Assembly (NCBI GenBank): GCA_965226195.1 | Contig: OZ245333.1 | Coordinates: 562,167 to 626,166 of the forward strand | Source of the DNA: Oligoflexales bacterium | GTDB lineage: Bacteria > Bdellovibrionota_B > Oligoflexia > Oligoflexales > JAPPIL01 | Direction of reading: 5' to 3' | Length of the DNA: 64,000 nt | In this document: positions 19,209-29,477 of the stretch, piece by piece | Layout: the number at the start of each line of letters is the position of its first letter | How positions within the stretch are numbered: position 1 is the first letter of the stretch | Position numbers and translations under genes: made by a program | Notes under the pieces: model-generated | What the model saw: only the letters and a program-made list of their open reading frames with translations | Told to the model about the DNA's origin: nothing | The model's database searches: none

Positions 19209-20744
19209 CTAATACAGCTCCCACTGTCCTTTTTGGTAGTAGCGATACAGTGAGAGGCTGCTCAGGCTATTGATTTGTATGTTGTCATAACCAGCGTAAA
19301 AATGTTTGCCTTGCCCACCTAGCATGGTGTTGAGCGTGTTGCGATCGAGATAGCGCAGTGGCAGGTGGTCAAAGTTAAGGGTGGCGATGCGAGCTTGCAG
19401 TTGGGTGGTATTAAATTGCCTGTTTTTGATGGCAAGCACCCAGCCGCGATCGCCCATGCTGGCTATGGTTGTGTGGAGGGGCAAGGCAGGATACAGCGTG
19501 CGCATGGTTTTCAGTACCGCGAGAAAGGCACGGCGGGCGAAGAGGGGGCTACCTGCTTGAGTGACGAAAACACCATTGTGGCGTAGGTTGTGAAAGGCGG
19601 AAAGAAAAAATTGGCGGCTGTAAAGCCTCGCCAGGTCAGCTGAACGTGGGTCAGGAAAGTCGGCAATGATGACATCATACTGCTGGGTGTTTTTTTGTAA
19701 AAAAGTGAAGGCATCGGTGTTGATGATAGTGACTTTTGGGTCATGGAAGGCGGTAGCATTGATGTTTATTAGCAGCGGGTGGGTGCGTGCTAGTGCAGTC
19801 ATTTGGGGGTCGATGTCTACTACGGTCAATTTTTGTAATTTTTTATGACGCAGAATTTCTCTCGCTGCCAGTCCGTCGCCGCCGCCGAGCAGCAGCACGT
19901 CAGTTGCTTTGTCTGCGAGCAGCATGGCGGGATGCACCAGTGGTTCGTGGTAGCGGTGTTCATCGATGGTGGAGAATTGTAGGTTGCCATCGAGATAGAG
20001 CCAGTGGTGGTTGCGGAACTCGGTGATGACGATCTTTTGGTAACGCGAGGTGGTGCTGAAGACTATTTTGTCACGGTAGCGGCGTTGCTCGCTGTGTAGC
20101 ACCAGTGTATCGCCAAACAGGAACGCGGCAATGACAACAGCAACGACAACACTGCCGAAAACGATGAAAGTTTTGCGCTGTTGTAGTTTGGAGAAGCTAT
20201 GTGCACCGAGCAGGATTGCCGCAGCACAGTTGACACCGCCAACAATGGCCGCACTACGGGGAAGACCGAGATATGGTAGGGCGAGGAAGGCGAAGAAAAT
20301 TCCGCCGACGAGTGCACCGAAGTAATCTTTGCTCAGCATGGTGCTAAGGTTGGTTTTTAGGTTTTCACACTCGGCGTTAAGGCGTGTGGCGAGCGGCAGT
20401 TCGAGGCCGACAAGCAAGCCGATGAGAAAGGCGAGTAGGTAGATAAAAAAGGCGAGGTGTTCGGTGATACCGAACAGGGTGTAGATAGCAATGGTGCTGA
20501 GGGAGACGAGCAGGGCGAGGGTGAATTCAATCTTGATGAAGGTATCGAAGAGGTTGTGTTCGTAGGTGCGGCTGAGTTGGCTGCCGATACCCATAGCGAA
20601 CAACATCAGGGAGATGACGAGTGTCCATTGTGTTACAGAATCGCCTAGACACCAGCTGGCGAGGGTTGCCATAATGTATTCGGCGGTGATGCCAGTGATG
20701 CCTGTGCAGAAGATGCTGATTTTAAGTGCATGTTGCTGTTGCAT
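19209..20744 (-). CDS. speE: membrane-fused polyamine aminopropyltransferase
   Basis: Multi-TM N-terminus; SRYQKIV, LYLDGNLQF, YHEPLVHP, LGGGDG, DFPDP. Confidence 0.92.
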   Translation of the reverse strand: MQQQHALKISIFCTGITGITAEYIMATLASWCLGDSVTQWTLVISLMLFAMGIGSQLSRTYEHNLFDTFIKIEFTLALLVSLSTIAIYTLFGITEHLAFFIYLLAFLIGLLVGLELPLATRLNAECENLKTNLSTMLSKDYFGALVGGIFFAFLALPYLGLPRSAAIVGGVNCAAAILLGAHSFSKLQQRKTFIVFGSVVVAVVIAAFLFGDTLVLHSEQRRYRDKIVFSTTSRYQKIVITEFRNHHWLYLDGNLQFSTIDEHRYHEPLVHPAMLLADKATDVLLLGGGDGLAAREILRHKKLQKLTVVDIDPQMTALARTHPLLININATAFHDPKVTIINTDAFTFLQKNTQQYDVIIADFPDPRSADLARLYSRQFFLSAFHNLRHNGVFVTQAGSPLFARRAFLAVLKTMRTLYPALPLHTTIASMGDRGWVLAIKNRQFNTTQLQARIATLNFDHLPLRYLDRNTLNTMLGGQGKHFYAGYDNIQINSLSSLSLYRYYQKGQWELY

Positions 20745-20785
20745 GGCTACCCCAACTTCTCTCCCCTCTTTCCCTTAACTGACTA

Positions 20786-20900
20786 AAAGTTTTTGGTCGA
20801 GCTTTTTATAAAAAGTTGGATCAAAAATTTTTAGTTATTTCTTATATTAACAAGCTATAGTTATTAACAAAAATGACAAGTGCAGTTATGCAACAAAGCC
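20786..20900. mobile_element. partial MITE (one TIR) related to 17473-17734
   Basis: Shares TTTTTATAAAAAGTTGGATCAAAAATTTTTAGTTATTT and ends GCAGTTATGCAACAAAGCC; no left TIR seen. Confidence 0.7.
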
Positions 20901-20963
20901 GGTGAAACCCCCTAACTTCTCACTAAACGGGGGTGTTAGGGGCGAAGCCACCAACTATCTCTT

Positions 20964-21809
20964 TCAAATCACCCAACTGATAATCAGCGAGGCGATAATG
21001 TAGGTTGAGGCTTCGAGCAGACCGACCCCGATGTTGGGTCGTTCTTGCCCAACTAGTTCGTGGGTAAGGCTGGCAGAGGGTAGCAGTAGTTTATCGGTGA
21101 TGAAGCGCAGCAAGGGAAAGAGCAGGACACCGAGCACAAAGATTATGGCAAAATTTTGTAAATTTTCTGTCCACGAGACAAAATCGAAGGCAGTGGCAGT
21201 GCGGATTAAATTGGCTGCGGCAAGCAACAGGCCAGCGAAGGCAAAGGCAACGGCGTGGTTATTTTTTTCAATTTCGGCGATAAAATCGAAGGGGGTAATT
21301 AAATTGTAGAGGTGAGCAAAGAGCAGGAAGGCAAGCTGTCCAAGTAGCCAGAACACAAGGGTGGTAGTGATACCACCGCCTTCACCGAGCAACGCACCGT
21401 ATAGGACAAGTCCTGATGCAGCCGCGAATGCGCCTTCAACTGCACCGAGACCAATGTTGCGATCATTGACAAGTTCGGTGCTGTTGTCGAAGCGGTGAAA
21501 GACAAGGCGATCGCTGATGAAAGAAGATATGTTTAGCAATACGATTGCCAGTAAACCGTAGAGCACGAGATCAATAATTTCATCGACAAGGTCGAGGTCA
21601 TCGCCGCTCATGATGCCAGCGATGGCGAAGACGATACCGAACAGGTAGCCACACAGAGCAAGGGCGACGGCGGGGTTATCGTTTTCGACTAGTTCGTGGC
21701 GTAGCTTGATGCGGCGATGGCAGACATCCCAAGCTTTTTTGGCGATAAGGATGATGACCATGACGACAACAATCAATACTAGTGCGGTCATAATATTGTC
21801 GAAGCTCAT
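20964..21809 (-). CDS. DUF350 (duplicated) membrane protein
   Basis: Repeated EL...N.AV / N.GVG motifs; multi-TM; context next to speE. Confidence 0.85.
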   Translation of the reverse strand: MSFDNIMTALVLIVVVMVIILIAKKAWDVCHRRIKLRHELVENDNPAVALALCGYLFGIVFAIAGIMSGDDLDLVDEIIDLVLYGLLAIVLLNISSFISDRLVFHRFDNSTELVNDRNIGLGAVEGAFAAASGLVLYGALLGEGGGITTTLVFWLLGQLAFLLFAHLYNLITPFDFIAEIEKNNHAVAFAFAGLLLAAANLIRTATAFDFVSWTENLQNFAIIFVLGVLLFPLLRFITDKLLLPSASLTHELVGQERPNIGVGLLEASTYIIASLIISWVI

Positions 21810-22510
21810 TTACCGAACCCCCTTCCGCCGCGCCGAAAACCGCTGTTATGGCTGCGGGTGGCACGATTGCTGACGCGTTGACTGAAGGCTTGACGACGCA
21901 TGGTTTCGCGTCGTTGGCGGCGTTGAAAAAAATTGCTGTGTCGCTTACGTGTCTCCGTGCCGTTTGAACCAAATTCGCCGCGTTTGCCGTAATAAGGGCG
22001 GCCGCGGCGGTGGTGATCACGGTAATCGTTGTAATCGCGACGGTAGAAGGGGCTGTGCATCATGCTGAAGACGCTGCTGATCAGGGCATACCTGCCGTAA
22101 AATTCCCAGAAACTCGTGCCACCACGTTCAGCCCAGCGCCCGTATTGTTGGTTGCCAATGTATTGATAACCGGGCGGTTGGGGTATGCGTGATTTTTCTC
22201 CGCCAACAGTTTTCGAGGCAAGCACCATGCCAAGATTCTTGTGATGCTGGCGATAAACACCTGTGCCAACACGCTGCCAGTCGGTCAAGACTTGTTCGTG
22301 CTCAGCTGCATCTTTGCTCTTATTAACGACGATTTTATACTGATGGTAATAGTCGGTGAAAAAATTTCCCTCACTACGCATATCGTTCAAGATAATTGCA
22401 TATTCGGGAAAGCGGTCGAGTTTTTTTTGCAGACTCAAGACGGGATCGCTTGACTGACAGGCAGCTGCCAGCAGTGCAAGGGGGATAATTATGTTAGCCA
22501 AGATAGACAC
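21806..22510 (-). CDS. lipoprotein with Arg/Gly-rich tail, usual partner of DUF350/speE
   Basis: Lipobox LAAC; PPGYQYIGN..YGRW..SFWEFYG.Y; RGGRGFGK end. Confidence 0.8.
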   Translation of the reverse strand: MSILANIIIPLALLAAACQSSDPVLSLQKKLDRFPEYAIILNDMRSEGNFFTDYYHQYKIVVNKSKDAAEHEQVLTDWQRVGTGVYRQHHKNLGMVLASKTVGGEKSRIPQPPGYQYIGNQQYGRWAERGGTSFWEFYGRYALISSVFSMMHSPFYRRDYNDYRDHHRRGRPYYGKRGEFGSNGTETRKRHSNFFQRRQRRETMRRQAFSQRVSNRATRSHNSGFRRGGRGFGK

Positions 22511-22532
22511 ACAACCTCACGATAGAGACAAG

Positions 22533-22567
22533 GCTTGCCTTCTACAGAAGGCAAGCGGTAGTGTCAA
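22533..22567 (-). promoter_or_regulatory. putative sigma70 promoter overlapped by a 10-bp-stem palindrome (operator or terminator)
   Basis: TTGACA-17-TAGAAG on minus strand; GCTTGCCTTC-taca-GAAGGCAAGC. Confidence 0.4.
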
Positions 22568-22614
22568 TAATTTTCTGTGCATAGACATCAGACGAGCATG
22601 AGATACTCCAATCG

Positions 22615-23034
22615 CTAAGCTCGTTTACGTTTCTTCACTGCCGAGTGCTTTCTTTTCGCACTGAAAACGCTGTCCACGACAAGCGGCACTTCAAAGTCGG
22701 CATACTCGTCTAGCTTCATACCCACCAGTGTGGCTGCATCAGCTGTGGATAGCTCGCAAGCGGCTCTGATCAGTTTGAGGACAACAGCCCGTGCGACAAG
22801 TGCGTCTACCTCTATCGGATAGAAATCCTTGCCACGTCTTGCCTTCGGCACGGAAATAGTATCAAGCGGTTTTTCTTGAGCGCAAATTACAGATAGCCAG
22901 CCGCTAAGCAGTTCCTTCGCATTCGCCTGTGCCTCCTTCAGCGTATCTCCTTCGGTAACACAACCAGCAAGTTCGGGGAACACAACCAGATAGCCTCCTT
23001 CTGGCTGCTTGGTAATTTTGGCGAAATACCTCAC
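22615..23034 (-). CDS. hicB: HicB family antitoxin
   Basis: GGYLVVFPELAGCVTEGDTLKEA..NAKE; C-terminal HTH-like region. Confidence 0.9.
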   Translation of the reverse strand: MRYFAKITKQPEGGYLVVFPELAGCVTEGDTLKEAQANAKELLSGWLSVICAQEKPLDTISVPKARRGKDFYPIEVDALVARAVVLKLIRAACELSTADAATLVGMKLDEYADFEVPLVVDSVFSAKRKHSAVKKRKRA

Positions 23035-23222
23035 TTCTTCAACCCCGACAGCTTACGAGTGTTATGTTCAGTGCCCTTTTTCAGCGGCCTGTTGCCATGC
23101 ACAGGAACTGGCACATTGCAATGCCCTTCCTTGCCCATGATACAATGACTGCCTGCTATCCTCAAACACCGCCACCCCGCCTTTTGCAACAGCTTAACCC
23201 ACTGCTTGCCACTCAACGGCAT
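23031..23222 (-). CDS. hicA: HicA family toxin
   Basis: L...GW...RI.GSH..M....VPVPVHG...L..GT; overlaps hicB start. Confidence 0.9.
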   Translation of the reverse strand: MPLSGKQWVKLLQKAGWRCLRIAGSHCIMGKEGHCNVPVPVHGNRPLKKGTEHNTRKLSGLKK

Positions 23223-23694
23223 CAGCAATCCACATCAATACCACTAGCACAGTTGCCTTAAAACTCAGCCAAATCTTGGTGTAGCATAGCTGCCTCTCGC
23301 TTTTGCTCAACCATAGCACTACTATCATACATTGCCACCCGCACGATGCTAAGCGTTTTGTTTTTGCTTGCACCATGAGTTTGTCGATCGTGATATGCGA
23401 TGTGATTGTGCAAGAAGCACAGGCAGCAAAGCAGATTGATTAGGTGTAGGGGTTTGCCTGCCACAGGAGGTGAGGGGCGGGGTCAACAGTTTTCTGGCAA
23501 GCAACAGTGAAACAGAGTGGCAAGGGCAGAGATGCCGAACTGCTTACTAGACAAGCTCAATAGCGAAGCGGTCAGTAGGTAGAAAATTCTTACGGCAAAA
23601 TGTAACCACTGACAAAAAAATAAGATACAATAGGGCTGTGCCGACAGCATGGCAAGGAAAGTTGATTTAATTAACCTGATTGGGAGAGTCTGTA

Positions 23695-24561
23695 ATGAGA
23701 TTATTTTCATTTTTAATTTTGATTGCTTTACTAGGATGTTCCAAAAATAATGAAAATTCTCTACCTGAAGGAAAATTACCTGACTCTAACGAAGCTAGTG
23801 AATCAATCAGCACATGCGAAGGCACTGAGGGCGAGCTAGTGGGGGTATCCTTCTCTAACAAAACACCTGCCCCTCCTACTGACACCAGTGCCGACAGTGC
23901 GATAGCAAGCATTGCCATCAAAGGAAATGCGAAGCTGGGAAAGTTGTTCTGCCTCACTATCACTCTGCATGATACCGACGGTAAGCCAATCGCTGCCAAA
24001 GCAGGTGGACAAACGTTGACATTCAGTCAGCGCAGCTCCAGTGAAGGTAATGTGCGTTTGATGCAACTCGACAAGGAAAACAGCACTATGATACTTGCCG
24101 CACAACATACAAGTGTTGCGGAAGGAGAATCATCGGTTGTTCTTGCAAATATTTTCGCCTTCGATGATGGAAAACTGGAAGTTGCTGCAGGAACAATCAA
24201 AGGTTCTATTGATATTAGTATGCCTAATGATTTCGTAGCAGTTACTTCTCTAACTTTCACCGACGAGGGGACTAACAAACTAGCCATCATACTGAAGGAA
24301 GGACAAACCATAGATGCGGGTTATGATGCCTACTTTGTAGATGATAACAGCGGTGAGGTCATCCCCGCGGCAGAAGGAGCTGAGGCTAGACCAGCACTTG
24401 ACAATACAGAAAAACACATAACTTTCAGCAAAGACGTTGCTAGTGATAACCATGTTTACATCTTCTACGGCGAAGATAACACCAGCATCACTGTCGGAGA
24501 GGCTATCTGTCCTCGTGTCGCCTCTGGCGAGCAAGAGTGTCCTGAACATGTGATAAATTGA
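23695..24561 (+). CDS. hypothetical acidic lipoprotein
   Basis: Lipobox LLGC; long ORF. Confidence 0.7.
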   Translation: MRLFSFLILIALLGCSKNNENSLPEGKLPDSNEASESISTCEGTEGELVGVSFSNKTPAPPTDTSADSAIASIAIKGNAKLGKLFCLTITLHDTDGKPIAAKAGGQTLTFSQRSSSEGNVRLMQLDKENSTMILAAQHTSVAEGESSVVLANIFAFDDGKLEVAAGTIKGSIDISMPNDFVAVTSLTFTDEGTNKLAIILKEGQTIDAGYDAYFVDDNSGEVIPAAEGAEARPALDNTEKHITFSKDVASDNHVYIFYGEDNTSITVGEAICPRVASGEQECPEHVIN

Positions 24562-24629
24562 CAGCGAACAACACCGCAGATAGCCTTAGCCCTTTTTGCG
24601 GTGTTGTCTTACAGCAGAAGGCACTAGTT

Positions 24630-25166
24630 TCACCCGCTTTCGGCAGACGGCAACACATTGGTAAACTGCCAGCGCTCAACCTGTGTGGCAAGACTTGCGG
24701 TAAAGTCGGTTTCGTCCCACTGCTCGATAGTAATGAAGTGCTTGTCCTGTGCATCGATCAGTTCCCAGTAAATAAATTCCGTCGCCTTCTTGTCCTGCTC
24801 GCGATAAAACATCCCTGTGCCTGATTCTTCGAGGTGATACTGCTGCCCGCGCAGAGTTACGGTGTTGGGTGGGTCTTCAGTGGCGATAATGCTTTTGCGC
24901 ACATCGGGGGTCATCTCGTGCAAGTTTATTTTTGCACCGAGACACCAGCTGACTTCATCATCGCTGCTGCGCTGCAAAAAACAACGCTCATTGCTGTGTT
25001 CGATTTCCCACTCACGTGCCTTGTGGTGTTTGCCGTAAACATAGTCATGCACGGCAATTACCTGCCACGTTCGCATGTCATAATCAAACATATACCCGCG
25101 CTGCATGTCCTGTAACTCTAGCGATGTTGGTGCAGACGATGGCTTTTTTTTGAAAAAATTGAACAC
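24630..25166 (-). CDS. DUF4178 domain protein
   Basis: G..FDYD..TWQV, REW, PP......G..Y.L.ESG, IEQW. Confidence 0.75.
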   Translation of the reverse strand: MFNFFKKKPSSAPTSLELQDMQRGYMFDYDMRTWQVIAVHDYVYGKHHKAREWEIEHSNERCFLQRSSDDEVSWCLGAKINLHEMTPDVRKSIIATEDPPNTVTLRGQQYHLEESGTGMFYREQDKKATEFIYWELIDAQDKHFITIEQWDETDFTASLATQVERWQFTNVLPSAESG

Positions 25167-25184
25167 GTAAGCCTCATACCACGC

Positions 25185-26966
25185 TTAAAGATATTCGGGA
25201 TGATTGAGACAGTTGTTGATACTGAAGGCAGCGTTGACCAGACCGACGTGGCTGTAAGTCTGAGGAAAATTGCCTGACTGACAGTCGTTGCGCAAGTCGT
25301 AACCCTCACTCATCAAGCCGAGATGGTTCTGAAACTTGAGCAGCTTCTCAAAATTATCGATTGCCTTGTCGAGCTGCCCCGTGCGTGCCAATGCCTCCAC
25401 ATACCAGAAAGCACATACCAAGAAGGCAACTTGCGGTTTACCAAAATCATCAGCATGCTTGTAGCGATAAAATAATCCATCACCACAAGCGAGGTTTTTT
25501 TCTAGCACCGCGAGATGTTGCCGGGTTTTTTCCTGCTTGGGATCGAGATAGTGCATATTGACCAGACCGAGCAAACTTGCATCGAGATGGTCGGTCTCAA
25601 TTGCCTGCCGATACACACCTCGTTTAGCATCGTAGCACTTTTCCACCTGCTCTGCAGATTTTTTCTCAAGGAAGGCCGCGTAATTCGATAAAGTCTTGTC
25701 GCCAAGCCGCGTTGCAACTTTCTTTGCGGCCAGACTGCCCGCCCAATGAAACAAGAAGGTATAGCAGTGCTTCTGCGCTTTCTGGCGAAACTCCCAAATG
25801 CCCGCATCTGGCTCGTCGATAGTTGCTTCAATCTTGGCTAGCAACTTCGCCACCATGAAACGTGCCTCTTCATAACGACTGTCGATAAAACGAGCATCGA
25901 TGTAAAGCGGCAACAGCGACAACATGACTTGCCCATAGACATCGTTTTGCACGTGCGTGTAAGCATGATTGCCGATGCGCACGGGCACGCTGTTGCGATA
26001 CCCGCGCAGATCGAGCTCAATCTCTGGCAACTCGGATTCGTTGGTAATCGAATAGACTGGCTGATAGCGATCATGTTCATGCACGGCGATATTTTGAATA
26101 TACTCGGAGTATTTCTCTACCTCGCTAAAGTGACTGATATGATTGAGTGCTGACAAGGTATAGTAAGCATCCCGCAACCAACAGTAACGATAATCCCAAT
26201 TGCGCTGGCCGCCGACATTCTCTGGCAAACTCGCCGTGCATGACGCGATAATCGCTCCCGTATCGTCGTATTGATGCAGTTTCAAAGTCAAGGCCGAGCG
26301 GATCACCTGCTCCTGATAAAACTGCCCCACCGAAGAACGCAACACCCAGCCGTGCCAATACTTTTCTGTGCTCTGCAAAAATTCCTCGCTGGTATCCTTC
26401 AACGGTGCTTCCAGCGGCACACCCCAAGTCAACACCAGATACTTGTCTTGCGTCAGCACAAACGGTGACGAATTGAGAATGTAGTTGAGCGAAATATCAG
26501 AGGTCAGACGCAAATTGTTGGGCAAGCCGATAAACTCGATATGGTTGCTGCCCAACTGCGGCGAAGGATTGATACGCCCATAATCGCCCTTCGGCTCGCA
26601 CTTGATACGCACCCGCGGCGTGCCCGACAACACTTCGAGCTTACGCACCAACATCAACGGTTTGTAATAACGACTATAGCGCATGAAACGCGGCGCACAG
26701 TCGATAACCCGAAAGCTGCCCGAATCGCAACGAAACTCCGTCACCAGCACGTTGGTGTTCTTGCGATAATACTGATGCGAGCTATACTTCCCATCAGGCC
26801 AGATGCCAAACCGACCACCAGCATCATCATCGATCAAGCCACCGAAGACGAACGAACTGTCGAACTTCGGCCAGCATAACCACCTGACATCTGCCGATGT
26901 GTCGATTAGAGCAAGGAAAGAGCCGTTGCCCACTACACCGTATTCATACTTGCGCATTACACTCAC
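25185..26966 (-). CDS. glycoside hydrolase family 15 (glucoamylase/trehalase-like)
   Basis: SLPE..GG.RNWDYRYCWLRD, GIWEFR, GNFPQTYSH. Confidence 0.93.
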   Translation of the reverse strand: MSVMRKYEYGVVGNGSFLALIDTSADVRWLCWPKFDSSFVFGGLIDDDAGGRFGIWPDGKYSSHQYYRKNTNVLVTEFRCDSGSFRVIDCAPRFMRYSRYYKPLMLVRKLEVLSGTPRVRIKCEPKGDYGRINPSPQLGSNHIEFIGLPNNLRLTSDISLNYILNSSPFVLTQDKYLVLTWGVPLEAPLKDTSEEFLQSTEKYWHGWVLRSSVGQFYQEQVIRSALTLKLHQYDDTGAIIASCTASLPENVGGQRNWDYRYCWLRDAYYTLSALNHISHFSEVEKYSEYIQNIAVHEHDRYQPVYSITNESELPEIELDLRGYRNSVPVRIGNHAYTHVQNDVYGQVMLSLLPLYIDARFIDSRYEEARFMVAKLLAKIEATIDEPDAGIWEFRQKAQKHCYTFLFHWAGSLAAKKVATRLGDKTLSNYAAFLEKKSAEQVEKCYDAKRGVYRQAIETDHLDASLLGLVNMHYLDPKQEKTRQHLAVLEKNLACGDGLFYRYKHADDFGKPQVAFLVCAFWYVEALARTGQLDKAIDNFEKLLKFQNHLGLMSEGYDLRNDCQSGNFPQTYSHVGLVNAAFSINNCLNHPEYL

Positions 26967-27073
26967 TATGCAAATGTGCGACGCACTATAGCAAAAAAAC
27001 AGCGAGCAGGCAAGCTACTAGTTGTGTGGGGGCATTTCGCCTGCAACCCTTGACTAACACCATATCAGGTGCA

Positions 27074-27137
27074 GCTTCGCTTAGGCTTTTTGCCGCTTAC
27101 TCGCTTCGCTCAGGCTTTTTGCCGCTTACTCGCTCCC
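27074..27137 (-). repeat. 29-bp tandem (x2) with AAGCGGCA core and GCGAAGC mini-hairpin
   Basis: GCTTCGCT(T/C)AGGCTTTTTGCCGCTTACTC twice. Confidence 0.85.
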
Positions 27138-27697
27138 TAGATACCGACCTCGAAACCGATACTCAACGTCGTCGCGTTGAAGTCCTCGTCCTCTATCGTA
27201 CGCAAACCCTGACTGACCTCCGCCATAACAGAGATAAGTGGCAACAAGTCATAACTCACACCGACACCGATTTCCATGCCGCCGACCTTTTCTTCCTTGT
27301 CTGGTAGATTTTGGTCGTCTTTGAACGTGGTCTTCTTATATCCCCAGACCGTGTAGTTTATCTTTGCGTAAGGTGTGACAAACGGTACCATCGGCAACCA
27401 GCCGAGTAGCTCAACCCCCACCTCCATACCAGTGGAACTCTCCTCGTTCTCTGCTGTTGCATATGCGACCCATGGGGAATAGGTTGCGCCGAGACCGACG
27501 GGAATAAGCGGCAAGGGACTTAGATGTCCTGCAACAGTGACAAGGTGGGCACTGACATCTATGTCCTCCCCCATATCCATATCAGCACTTTTCTTCTGGA
27601 TACGATAACCGTAAAACACCTGCGCACTAGCCAGACCATAGGCAGCTTCGGCGTAAACAAACAAAGCCACCAGTACTAGACAGATTTTTTTCACCAC
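27137..27697 (-). CDS. small outer-membrane beta-barrel protein
   Basis: Signal peptide; alternating strands, PYAK, C-terminal SIGFEVGI. Confidence 0.75.
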   Translation of the reverse strand: MVKKICLVLVALFVYAEAAYGLASAQVFYGYRIQKKSADMDMGEDIDVSAHLVTVAGHLSPLPLIPVGLGATYSPWVAYATAENEESSTGMEVGVELLGWLPMVPFVTPYAKINYTVWGYKKTTFKDDQNLPDKEEKVGGMEIGVGVSYDLLPLISVMAEVSQGLRTIEDEDFNATTLSIGFEVGI

Positions 27698-27770
27698 AAC
27701 TCTCCTGCTGAATTATTAAACAAAAAAGGAACACAGCATACAACCACACCGCACTCCGAGTGCACACTAC

Positions 27771-28379
27771 CTAAGCCGCAACCCTTTCGTTCATGAACGG
27801 CTTAAAGTTATCCATCCCCTCGACATTGTTCAGCCATTTGTTGATATTTATCCACTCGTCAAGTGGAATGCCACCCTCAGCCGAAGAAGAAATAAAGGAA
27901 TAGCAAGCAAGGTCTGCAATTGTAGCCCAATCACCAACCAGCCACTGTCGTCCTTCAAGCCACGTATTCATGCCGTTATACAGGTCTTTCGTCACCCACG
28001 CGGCCTGCTCCCAATCAACCTCTTTACCAAAAACTTTGGCAAGCCGTGCAAAGTTAGGGCCAAAAGCAATCTTGCCCGCAGCAACCGACAGCCAGCGCTG
28101 CACCTCCGCCATCAACCACGGGTCGTTCGGATACCAACGCTGTTCGGAATCATATTTCGTTGCTAACCAAACGAGAATTGCATTGGAATCACTTATAGTT
28201 GCGCCATCATCACAAAGAACTGGAACTTCTCCCCAAAAGTTCTTCTGCAAAAATTCAGGTTTTTTATGCTCGCCTGCGGGCAGATCGACATCGATTATCT
28301 CACAGTTCAACGATAGCAACGAAAGAAACATCTCTACGCGGTGGCAATGCCCCGACAAAGCAGAACGATAGAGTTCCAT
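27771..28379 (-). CDS. glutathione S-transferase
   Basis: SGHCHRV, GEVPVL, DSNAIL, TIADLA. Confidence 0.93.
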   Translation of the reverse strand: MELYRSALSGHCHRVEMFLSLLSLNCEIIDVDLPAGEHKKPEFLQKNFWGEVPVLCDDGATISDSNAILVWLATKYDSEQRWYPNDPWLMAEVQRWLSVAAGKIAFGPNFARLAKVFGKEVDWEQAAWVTKDLYNGMNTWLEGRQWLVGDWATIADLACYSFISSSAEGGIPLDEWININKWLNNVEGMDNFKPFMNERVAA

Positions 28380-28459
28380 AACAGCACCTCAAGGTTAGAA
28401 ATTAGTCTCACTGATCATTGTAACCGATTGCAGATTTTTAGAACATTCGCGTTACAATC

Positions 28460-29254
28460 TCAACTTGCGGTGCTACGGTCGTTACTTTTGCGTAAAATTA
28501 AAAACAAACCGAGACTAACAAAAGGCACACTCAAAACCTGTCCCATATTGATAAACATGTCCTGCTCGAAAGCTGCTTGGTTTTCTTTGAAAAATTCGAG
28601 CAAAAAGCGAGCACTGAAAGAAACTGCTAGTGCTACACCCCACAAGCGACCTGGATGACGACAGATAGACGTGAAGCGGTATAGGGAGCTCAACAACAAG
28701 AAAATCGCGAAGTAGGTGAGTGACTCGTAGAGTTGCGCGGGATGCCGCGGCACGGTATCGACCCGCTCGAAGACAATTGCCCACGGCAACTGTGACGGTG
28801 TGCCGATAATTTCTGAGTTGAAGAAGTTGCCGACCCGAATCAGCGAGGCAATCAGCAACCCACCTACTGCAGCACGATCGACCACCCACAAGAAATTCAT
28901 CTTGTAGCGCCGACAATAGAGAAAAACTGCTAGCATTACACCCGTAAAACCACCATGACTAGCAAGACCACCCTTCCAAACTTGAAAAAATTCCAAGGGG
29001 TTAGAAAAATAAAACGACGGATTGTAGAACAGACAGTGCCCCAGCCGCGCCCCGATTATCGTGCCCAAAATTACCCATGTCAACAGACTAGACACCAGTG
29101 CATCGTCGTGGCCAGCCGAGCGATACATCCTGCGCATGATGTGGTAGCTGCCCATGAAACCTATAATGAACATCAAGCTATACCAGCGAATCTTAAGAAA
29201 CCCGATGCTGTAGATTTCAGGTGATACGTTCCAAGTGAAAAATTCCGCAGCCAT
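28460..29254 (-). CDS. lgt: prolipoprotein diacylglyceryl transferase
   Basis: IRWY, GARLGH, GGLASHGG, R.GNFFNSE, HPAQLYE. Confidence 0.97.
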   Translation of the reverse strand: MAAEFFTWNVSPEIYSIGFLKIRWYSLMFIIGFMGSYHIMRRMYRSAGHDDALVSSLLTWVILGTIIGARLGHCLFYNPSFYFSNPLEFFQVWKGGLASHGGFTGVMLAVFLYCRRYKMNFLWVVDRAAVGGLLIASLIRVGNFFNSEIIGTPSQLPWAIVFERVDTVPRHPAQLYESLTYFAIFLLLSSLYRFTSICRHPGRLWGVALAVSFSARFLLEFFKENQAAFEQDMFINMGQVLSVPFVSLGLFLILRKSNDRSTAS

Positions 29255-29477
29255 GATGCTCTCTTGTTAATTAAGCCATATTACAACAATTCTCTCTGCA
29301 AAGTTATCACAAAAACAACCCGCGTGTCACTCAAGTAATTTACCAATCTGCCGACACACTGGTATCATGAAAGAGCAAGGAGCTGGTTATACTATGTTAC
29401 CAATTAAAAAAAACAACACAGAACCACGATGCGATAAAGGCATCAGGCGACAAATTGAGAATATCAAAAAGAAACGT

